Positions 57,106 to 64,000 of a stretch of DNA of 64,000 nt are shown here, piece after piece. The notes beneath the pieces are model-generated. The model was not told the origin of the DNA. It saw only the letters and a list, made by a program, of their open reading frames with translations, and ran no database searches. The stretch spans positions 27,095 through 91,094 of IMG/VR virus record IMGVR_UViG_3300037454_000542. One strand, written 5' to 3'. Each line of letters begins with the position of its first letter. Within the stretch, counting starts at the first letter, position 1. The position numbers and the translations under genes were made by a program. Origin of the DNA: a virus. Lineage: Duplodnaviria > Caudoviricetes.

Positions 57106-57999
57106 TTGGACTTTACGCCATTCTATGAAAAGTGCAAAGAACTACCGGAGAACGATAGAAAATGGGCGACAGTATTTTGTCGCAACGTCGACGAAGTATT
57201 TGGCAATAGCGACGCCCAACTTCACAACATAGACAAAGTTTGCGCTTTGTTTTACGGGTATGGCAACGGGCTGAGCAAAGCGCAGTATTATCGTAAGCGA
57301 AAACTCGTACTGATGCTTTACTCGTGGCTGCTCGAAAACGGCCGCATTGATCGAGAAACATATGAGAAAGTTGCCACCCTGCGGTTGGAAGACGTTGTCA
57401 GGGCAGAGGAGCTCAACAGATATTACTTCAAAAGCCTTGACTCTGCTCTCGGATTTGTTTCTGTTGTAGCAAGAGTTAACGGGCTCTCGCCGGACGACGA
57501 TCTTTTGAATATAAAGTCGCTTGTAATTCTACTGTGGCACGGCGTCGATTTGAGTGACATAATCAATATTAAGAAGAAAGATGTGTCAGAAACCGGCGTT
57601 GTTATTGGTGATAATATCGTTGCAATCGGCGAAAAATATTCCAGCATCTTAGCCGAATTTGCAACAACAGATATTCACAACGGCTTTCCGTCAGGGAAGA
57701 CGCAAGATTACTTGCCGTCGAGCTACTTGTTCCGTTCATCAAAAACAGCGCAAATGAGTACGAACAATATCAATTGTATGTTGAGAAGGTTCAACGAGGA
57801 GGCTAAGCGATACGGACATGTGCTAAGCGTTGTGGCGCTCAAGCAGAATGGAGCATTTTGCAGAGTAAAAGAAAGCGGTGAAGATGTAAAATCAAAGTTA
57901 AATGAGATACTTCGCTGCAATCATAGAGCTGAATTATATGGATATGTACACTTATATCAAGGTTGGAAGAAAAAGTTTAACGAAGGGGATGATGACTAA
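57106..57999 (+). CDS. Integrase-fold repressor (MrpR/YopR-like), catalytically degenerate
   Basis: KSLVILLWHGVDLSDIINIKKKDV integrase-fold box lacking the catalytic R and HxxR; own promoter TTGACC-17-TATAAT at 57051-57079. Confidence 0.55.
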   Translation: MDFTPFYEKCKELPENDRKWATVFCRNVDEVFGNSDAQLHNIDKVCALFYGYGNGLSKAQYYRKRKLVLMLYSWLLENGRIDRETYEKVATLRLEDVVRAEELNRYYFKSLDSALGFVSVVARVNGLSPDDDLLNIKSLVILLWHGVDLSDIINIKKKDVSETGVVIGDNIVAIGEKYSSILAEFATTDIHNGFPSGKTQDYLPSSYLFRSSKTAQMSTNNINCMLRRFNEEAKRYGHVLSVVALKQNGAFCRVKESGEDVKSKLNEILRCNHRAELYGYVHLYQGWKKKFNEGDDD

Positions 58000-58002
58000 A
58001 AA

Positions 58003-58689
58003 ATGGCACTTGTATTTGTGGTGGTACTAATAATTTATTTCTTTGTGAAATCGTCGGAGAACATGAAAGAGTTCTCTACGATGGAACCGATCAAGCAAAA
58101 GGGAAGTCTCAAGACAAACGCAAGGCTTGAGAAAGAGCTCATCAACAAACACTTCAAAGAGCTTTACGATGCAAACGGTACTGGTGGTTGGAAGGACTAC
58201 GAGGAAGCATACGAGGCGCTGAAGGAATCGCATCCAAAAGCTCAAAAGGAAGTCGCAGAGCTCGGATTCATTCCTTGCATACCGCTTGATGAGTGCTGCA
58301 TCAGGTGTGACACAATATACATCCCGAATGTCGACAAATTTGACAGCGAATATGTCAAGGTCAGGAGAGAACGTCTCATGGCTGACAACGGGCAGTGTAC
58401 TGATGAGGAACTATATGCCGACTTCAAAGATGGATCGCTGTCGATAGACAGGTATTATTTTGACAACGAAGAAAAGCGTCGGACAATACAGTACAGCATC
58501 CACTTCAAGCCCGGGGATCTCGTGACTTGCGTATTTGGATTGTGCAGGGTTAAAGAGATTCAGCATAATTGGGATGGCACAAAAGCGTTCTACCTGCTGG
58601 AAACCCTGGACAAAGATGCGATATTCAAGACGGTAAGACTTCCGGTGACTGATCGTATTTGCTCGACAAATCAGATGATAGACGATTAA
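58003..58689 (+). CDS. Membrane-anchored hypothetical protein
   Basis: N-terminal hydrophobic helix, 228 aa. Confidence 0.6.
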   Translation: MALVFVVVLIIYFFVKSSENMKEFSTMEPIKQKGSLKTNARLEKELINKHFKELYDANGTGGWKDYEEAYEALKESHPKAQKEVAELGFIPCIPLDECCIRCDTIYIPNVDKFDSEYVKVRRERLMADNGQCTDEELYADFKDGSLSIDRYYFDNEEKRRTIQYSIHFKPGDLVTCVFGLCRVKEIQHNWDGTKAFYLLETLDKDAIFKTVRLPVTDRICSTNQMIDD

Positions 58690-58756
58690 AAAATGCCGCT
58701 GGCATCAACCATTTCTTTGCTGTTACACAACATTATTAGACAACAAGGAGGCAAAA

Positions 58757-59185
58757 ATGAAAATAGGAGATTTTGAAAAGCGTGGCAATGTCATAAGGCT
58801 TTACTTCGTAGAAGACGATTGCGACGACTACTGGGGGGACGATTGGGACGACAAACCCTACGAACATAACGCTGGCACGATCTACGACAAGTTCGTCGTC
58901 GGAACGATGGACATTGGATTCTCGCTCGAGTATGAACTTATCGAGCCGGCTGACGATTATCATTACGGCGGCAACTCGCCGTTCTGCAAAGAGGACTTCA
59001 AAAACACGAAAACGCCGTTCGTAGTTGTTAGACTTGACCCCGACAGATGGGAAGCGAAAAATTACCGCGATACAGTAGTTAAGCAAGACTACGTGTTCGC
59101 GTTCCACTTTAACGACAACATGAGCCTGGCGATGGAATGCCCGGGACATGTGCTGGGTATGACATTTAAGGATAGAGAAATCTAA
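58757..59185 (+). CDS. Hypothetical protein
   Basis: YWGDDWDDKPYEHNAG motif; RBS AAGGAGG. Confidence 0.65.
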   Translation: MKIGDFEKRGNVIRLYFVEDDCDDYWGDDWDDKPYEHNAGTIYDKFVVGTMDIGFSLEYELIEPADDYHYGGNSPFCKEDFKNTKTPFVVVRLDPDRWEAKNYRDTVVKQDYVFAFHFNDNMSLAMECPGHVLGMTFKDREI

Positions 59186-59190
59186 TCAAG

Positions 59191-59406
59191 ATGCTGCCGA
59201 AGATTGATAACTATGGAGATATATTGAGCGTTAAAGACGTTTGCGAGATTTTGGGCATAGGTGCAAATAATGCTTACAAAATACTTGCAAAAGGTGAAAT
59301 TATTAACTTCAAAATAGGCTCCGTACGTAAGATCCCGAAGCAATGTTTGCAGGAATACATAAACAACAAGATTGCGAGATCGCATTCTTCCGCAAATGAT
59401 ACATAA
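59191..59406 (+). CDS. xis: Excisionase-like HTH DNA-binding protein
   Basis: DILSVKDVCEILGIG..NAYKIL..GEI..FKIG..RKIPK; directly upstream of the integrase. Confidence 0.8.
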   Translation: MLPKIDNYGDILSVKDVCEILGIGANNAYKILAKGEIINFKIGSVRKIPKQCLQEYINNKIARSHSSANDT

Positions 59407-59427
59407 CAAATGAAAGGAAGATAGAAC

Positions 59428-60591
59428 ATGACCGCAAATCTACAAGTTAAAAACGATAGGTACTACGCCGTAGTAAACTACAAGCAGAACGGCAAGTACA
59501 AACAGAAGTGGATTGCCCTCGGCTTGCCGGTAAAAAACAACAAGCGCAAAGCCGAGGCGATGCTTCCGGCGATTTTAGCAAAGTTTGAGAGCGATATACT
59601 TGGGCCGACGGCAGACACGCTGCTCACCGATTACGCAATGGTGTGGTTGCGCAAGAAAGCGGAACGTCTCTCTCCAACGACACGCTATTCGTATGAAAGA
59701 GCAATAAAGAACCACATTATAAAATACTTTGAACCCATGAACTTGAAGCTCAAAGAAGTGAGGCCGAAGCACGTACAGGATTATCTTGAATACCAAACAA
59801 CACACGGTAAGCGCGGAGGCGGAAAAATGTCGTGGTCGCTCACAAAGAAGGTAAAGTATTACTTGTACGCAATGCTGCAAGACGCGGTAGCGCAGGAGAT
59901 AATCAACCGTAATCCAGCAGAAGGAGTCAAGCCACCGTCGCTGAAACGCGAGGACAAACCGAAGCGCTGTTTCCTTACGGCGGAGCAAGCAAACAAATTG
60001 CTGGAGTCGCTGGCGGGTAGCGAAATATATCCTATTGTATATATAACACTTCTTTATGGGTTGCGCCGGTCTGAAGTTCTCGGGTTGCAATGGAAGTCGA
60101 TTGACTTCAAAAAAGACACGCTGTCGTTAAACCACGTTGTTGTTGTGACGACGAAAGTTGTCGAAAAGGACGATATGAAAACGCGGGCAAGCAATCATGT
60201 GTACAGACTGCTGCCGAACGCAAAGAAGGTGTTGATGGAAGAATATGAGAAATATCTTGAGAAGAGAAGGAGCCCGATATTCGAAGACAAAGGATATGTG
60301 TTTTGCTCGGCGGATGGCAACGCACTTCATCCGCAGAAGGTCGTGAGGATGTTTGCGCGGGCGTTAGAAGAGTGCGGGTTCCCGAAAATGCGGTTCCACG
60401 ATCTCCGGCATAGTACAGCAAGCATACTGTACGACAAAGGTTGGGGGTTAAAGGACATCCAAGCGTGGCTGAGACACTCTTGTATATCCGTAACGAGTGA
60501 TATTTACACTCACATAACCGACACTCGCGAGTCGCAAATCGCGTCGAATATAAATGATATTTTACCGTTTACAAAGGAGGTGAAAGAATGA
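59428..60591 (+). CDS. int: Site-specific tyrosine integrase
   Basis: N-terminal arm-binding domain; YGLRRSEV, FHDLRHS, LRHS, DIYTH. Confidence 0.92.
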   Translation: MTANLQVKNDRYYAVVNYKQNGKYKQKWIALGLPVKNNKRKAEAMLPAILAKFESDILGPTADTLLTDYAMVWLRKKAERLSPTTRYSYERAIKNHIIKYFEPMNLKLKEVRPKHVQDYLEYQTTHGKRGGGKMSWSLTKKVKYYLYAMLQDAVAQEIINRNPAEGVKPPSLKREDKPKRCFLTAEQANKLLESLAGSEIYPIVYITLLYGLRRSEVLGLQWKSIDFKKDTLSLNHVVVVTTKVVEKDDMKTRASNHVYRLLPNAKKVLMEEYEKYLEKRRSPIFEDKGYVFCSADGNALHPQKVVRMFARALEECGFPKMRFHDLRHSTASILYDKGWGLKDIQAWLRHSCISVTSDIYTHITDTRESQIASNINDILPFTKEVKE

Positions 60592-60821
60592 GAGATCCGA
60601 AAAGAATTAAGCCGTTTCTTGAGAAGCTGGGCAAATACTGGGAAGGCAGAGCGCCGGATTGGAGGTTCGGGCAGTTGATGTCAAACTTCCTGGGATTCGC
60701 GTGGGACAGAGCAAATCGCGACATCTTCTTCATAGAAGACGACGAGATGTCACGAGCGCTTGATGAGTTTTTCAATCACGAGGTGGGTGCGGGACATGAA
60801 GAGACTACAAATAAAGAGTAA
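60588..60821 (+). CDS. Small hypothetical protein
   Basis: MRDPKRI...PDWRFGQL...DIFFIED, a common phage family. Confidence 0.65.
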   Translation: MRDPKRIKPFLEKLGKYWEGRAPDWRFGQLMSNFLGFAWDRANRDIFFIEDDEMSRALDEFFNHEVGAGHEETTNKE

Positions 60822-60949
60822 AAACCTAACGCATCCCAGGGAAGTCCGGTGGTAAAATTCTAAAAAGTGTGCCACTACAAGGGCACATTCGGGCTTCTTC
60901 CTAAAGGGAGTTCACTAAGCTTCTATAAGGGGAGAAAAACAGAAAACGG

Positions 60950-61250
60950 ATTTCGTAGAAAATTCGTAGAAGTGCCGCCGGCGTAAAAATGCAACGGCAA
61001 ATTACGTACAAAAACGTAAAGAAAAACAAATCAATACATAGTCAAAATAGTCAAAAACAAATCGTTTTGAAAATCCAGCAAATTTTGTTTTGGGAAATTT
61101 ATTCCCAAAACGGTTCGTTATCTTTGATTATCCGTGATTATATGTAGTGTTTTATTTTCGGATTTGTACCGAACACCACAAGATGTTGTGTTTGCCGTTT
61201 TTGATCCACTAAACCAAGTATAAAAAAATTCGTAGAAAAATTCGTAGAAA
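60950..61250. other. Candidate attP site with integrase arm-type repeats
   Basis: Paired TTCGTAGAA direct repeats at 60952/60963 and 61229/61241 flanking an AT-rich core with the IR TTTTGGGAA-N5-TTCCCAAAA. Confidence 0.6.
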
Positions 61251-61300
61251 TCGCTAAAGATTTGGGAACGAATAAAAGTTAACATTAAAGGAGGACCATA

Positions 61301-61723
61301 ATGGGACTTGACAACGGATTCTTGTTACATACCAAAGGCGACGAGAAAATTGAAATCGCCTATTTCAGAAAATTTTACGAGCTTGACGAATGGGTGCATA
61401 TGCACGTCAAAGCATACGATAACCACCAGACGATATTCGAAATCACAAAGGCCGATCTCGAGAAGCTTGAACGCGATCTTGCGCCGACGATTCTCGTACT
61501 CGACAAGCTCTCGATGAGAAACGTCAACTATTACGACGACAACGGCTACCCCGAGGAATACGTAATGGAGATGTACGGACAGACATTTAACCCCGTAGAT
61601 TCAACCAGCGCATTCGCCGGCGCCAAAGTAGTGAGGCTTTACCACAGCGTCGTAACGATGCTAAACCTGTTCGAACTTAACCCAGATAAGGACATCAAAT
61701 TGTCGTTTTATAGTTCGTGGTAA
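61301..61723 (+). CDS. Hypothetical protein
   Basis: MGLDNG...EIAYFRK...FYSSW conserved phage family. Confidence 0.65.
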   Translation: MGLDNGFLLHTKGDEKIEIAYFRKFYELDEWVHMHVKAYDNHQTIFEITKADLEKLERDLAPTILVLDKLSMRNVNYYDDNGYPEEYVMEMYGQTFNPVDSTSAFAGAKVVRLYHSVVTMLNLFELNPDKDIKLSFYSSW

Positions 61724-61740
61724 TTCAGGAGGAGGACAAC

Positions 61741-62457
61741 ATGGAAATACTGAATTTACATCAAAAAATACTCAAAATCGCAAACATGGCGGGCGTGCTT
61801 CAGAAAACGAAAGACGGCTTCTCTTACAAGTACGTTCCCGAGGAAGACATTCAGGCGAAAGTAACGTCCGGCCTTCAGAAGTTTGGCGTTATGCTCTACA
61901 CAACAATTGTGCCCGGGACATTGAAAGTGACGCCGTATCACTACGAAAAATACGATACCAGAATCAAGGGCGTTAAGCCGGTCAACGAAGTGATCGTATC
62001 CGCCGAAACAACATACACCTGGGTTAACGTTGACAACCCCGAAGAGCGCGTTGAAACAACGTGGTGTTTCGTCGGCCAGATGGAAGACGCAGCGCAGGCG
62101 ATGGGCGCCGGACTTACATACGCAAACCGCTACTACCTGATGAAGCAGCTCCAGCTCGCTACCACAGAATCTGATCCGGACAATTACCGCAGCAAACAGC
62201 GCGAAGCCGAAAATTACGAAGAGCAGGCTGCCGCAAAAGCCGCCGCCGAGGAACTTCAGAAACACATTTCGGAAGTCGTGGCGATGGGCTCAAAGCTCAT
62301 TAAGGGCGGGCTTAACAAGGCCGACATGATGGCGACCGTTGCTAAATATAACAACGGCAAAGGCAATCCCAGCAGCATCGAAGATGTGGAAACCTGCGAC
62401 AAAATTCTTGAAGAACTCAAAAAAATAGAAGCCAAGCAGAAGGAGAAAAACTCATGA
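61741..62457 (+). CDS. ERF-family single-strand annealing protein
   Basis: YKYV...DAAQAMGAGLTYANRYYLM...DPD. Confidence 0.8.
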   Translation: MEILNLHQKILKIANMAGVLQKTKDGFSYKYVPEEDIQAKVTSGLQKFGVMLYTTIVPGTLKVTPYHYEKYDTRIKGVKPVNEVIVSAETTYTWVNVDNPEERVETTWCFVGQMEDAAQAMGAGLTYANRYYLMKQLQLATTESDPDNYRSKQREAENYEEQAAAKAAAEELQKHISEVVAMGSKLIKGGLNKADMMATVAKYNNGKGNPSSIEDVETCDKILEELKKIEAKQKEKNS

Positions 62458-62840
62458 TTTTCTGTAACAACACAATTTACGCAAAAGTATGGAAAGTAAA
62501 ACCCGCCGAGAAATATCTCGATCTTCAGATTTCGACATCTGAGAAAGGCCAAGATGGCTCATACATAAACTCGAGCTGGTTCCCGCGTTGCATCGGCCAC
62601 GCTTTCAACTCTCTGAAAGACAAACTTAAAGAAGGCGACAGACTCGTAATCACTAAATCTAAGTTCACGAATGAGAAGTACACCGCTCAGGATGGATCGA
62701 TTAAATCCGCGTTCCGCTTCCTGATCCTGGAGGCTTCCATCGAACAGGGCCAGAATCCTGCTAATGCCGAAACGAAAGCTGCGACCACGCCAGAGCCTGC
62801 GGCGACGACAACGGCAAAAGAGGATGAATGTCCTTGGTAA
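62454..62840 (+). CDS. ssb: Single-stranded DNA-binding protein
   Basis: OB-fold-like sequence with acidic tail ending EDECPW; between ERF and a nuclease. Confidence 0.65.
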   Translation: MIFCNNTIYAKVWKVKPAEKYLDLQISTSEKGQDGSYINSSWFPRCIGHAFNSLKDKLKEGDRLVITKSKFTNEKYTAQDGSIKSAFRFLILEASIEQGQNPANAETKAATTPEPAATTTAKEDECPW

Positions 62841-63619
62841 CAGCCCAAACAGGAACGTCCGCCAAGGAGCGATATAGCTTTTCAAAATTAAGCTCTTGGC
62901 GGACGTGTCCCTACGGCTGGAAACTCAGATACATAGACGGTCGTTCTGGCGAAGGGAACGCGTTTTCATCCTACGGCACATTCGTCCACGGCATAATGGA
63001 GCGATACGCCAACGGAGAACTCGAAATATGGGATCTCCCAAACGTTTACGAGTGGGAGTTTGAAAGCGCAATTCCCGAAAAGTTCCCTAAAATTGCCAAG
63101 CTCAATATGAAAGACAACTACTACAAACAAGGGTTGTCGTTCTTGAAAGAGTTTGAGGGATACGATAAGTACGAAATACTTGACGTTGAACGCTCTTTTG
63201 ACATCGATATTGATGATTGGACTTTTAACGGAGTTATCGACCTTGTATTCAGAGACGAAGCCGGTAGGCTAATAATCCGAGATTACAAATCAAAAGCGTC
63301 CTTTACAAGTAAGAAAGAGAAGGCCGAGTACGCGAGGCAGTTATATCTCTACTCGATGTATGTAAAGGAAAAATACGGCGAATATCCCGCAGAACTTCAG
63401 TTCTTGATGTTCAGAAAGAACGATTTGGTTGTTATACCATTCGATCCGGCGGGTGTTGAAGAAGCAATAAACTGGGCTCGTGAAATAGTTGCGGAAATAC
63501 GCGAGGCTTTCGATTATCCGCCTATGTGCAGATTTCAGACAAAGAACGATACGTTCTACGCAGACAATCTGTGCAACCACAGGGGATATTGTGAGTTCAA
63601 AGCGGGGCGAGAAGATTGA
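62828..63619 (+). CDS. PD-(D/E)XK (RecB/AddB-like) exonuclease
   Basis: YSFSKL...CP, GTFVH, GVIDLV, IRDYKS, QLYLY, C-terminal Cys residues. Confidence 0.85.
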   Translation: MSLVTAQTGTSAKERYSFSKLSSWRTCPYGWKLRYIDGRSGEGNAFSSYGTFVHGIMERYANGELEIWDLPNVYEWEFESAIPEKFPKIAKLNMKDNYYKQGLSFLKEFEGYDKYEILDVERSFDIDIDDWTFNGVIDLVFRDEAGRLIIRDYKSKASFTSKKEKAEYARQLYLYSMYVKEKYGEYPAELQFLMFRKNDLVVIPFDPAGVEEAINWAREIVAEIREAFDYPPMCRFQTKNDTFYADNLCNHRGYCEFKAGRED

Positions 63620-63933
63620 CGGAAGATTATTCTGTGCATTACGCCCAAGAGAGACATGACCGCGAGACGTTCATAGAGGAACAGGTCGGAGATGGCAACA
63701 TTGTTGACACCTTCGTAGTAGATCGGGGCCACCCGAACGGTGATGAAACCCACAGTGTTACGGATACGGGCGTGATAATCGTCCGTAACCGCCTCACTGG
63801 AAAACTAATTACGAAGTTGATCGCGAGGCCGGAGCAGTTGAGAAGGCTTTACGCCCTACGTAATTCAACTCCACCGAAAAAATTGCTGAGGTTAGCCTAC
63901 AAAAATAATTCCAAGAATTTTAACAACATGTAA
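63616..63933 (+). CDS. Hypothetical protein
   Basis: 105 aa; VDRGHPNGDETH...LITKLIARP. Confidence 0.6.
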   Translation: MTEDYSVHYAQERHDRETFIEEQVGDGNIVDTFVVDRGHPNGDETHSVTDTGVIIVRNRLTGKLITKLIARPEQLRRLYALRNSTPPKKLLRLAYKNNSKNFNNM

Positions 63934-63949
63934 TGGAGGAGGGCAAGAC

Positions 63950-64000
63950 ATGCTTGTTGAACTTGACAAAATAATAGCTGCGAAGCAAGCAATATCGGAG
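63950..64000 (+). CDS. 5' fragment of next gene (possibly primase)
   Basis: RBS GGAGGAGG, MLVELDKIIAAKQ...; truncated by window end. Confidence 0.35.
   Translation, partial: MLVELDKIIAAKQAISE

Noticed and set aside
62828-63619. Cas4 / CRISPR adaptation gene
   Set aside because: It sits in an ERF-SSB recombination module with no cas1/cas2 or array; a phage PD-(D/E)XK exonuclease is the simpler call.
1-64000. tRNA or rRNA genes
   Set aside because: No cloverleaf with a T-loop GTTCGA and acceptor stem, or rRNA-like sequence, was recognised by eye; tRNAscan-SE would be needed to exclude them.

Overview
This 64 kb window is part of a large temperate siphophage of Firmicutes (probably Clostridia) with SPbeta-like organisation; no host genes are evident. 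The left arm (1-35.2 kb, minus strand) is the late/virion module: BppU-like baseplate proteins, a tail protein with a C-terminal chaperone, Dit, tape measure, tail tube, neck proteins, major capsid, scaffold/protease, portal, terminase, a tyrosine recombinase, HU, a phosphoesterase and a YonO-like single-subunit RNA polymerase. The right arm (36-64 kb, mostly plus strand) is the early/accessory module: a sigma/HTH gene with 49-bp tandem repeats, a ~700-nt structured non-coding region, an iteron-like array, a prokaryotic ubiquitin-like operon (Ubl, E2-like, JAB, E1), RNase H, a retron-type reverse transcriptase, ArdA, RNA ligase, MazF, an ImmA/ImmR switch, an MrpR-like repressor, Xis-Int with an attP-like site, and ERF/SSB/PD-(D/E)XK recombination genes. 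The most striking feature is that the single effector-less retron-like RT is accompanied by five dispersed retron-like ncRNA cassettes (46.3-51.1 kb). Each has its own terminal inverted repeat, a G(T/G)TAT motif and two stem-loops. Four of the five also share an AAGTANNRAAATGWYAGANCRAG motif. Their template regions are unrelated to one another. This suggests a phage multi-template retron that makes several different msDNAs. All assignments are by eye from motifs and synteny; no searches were run.
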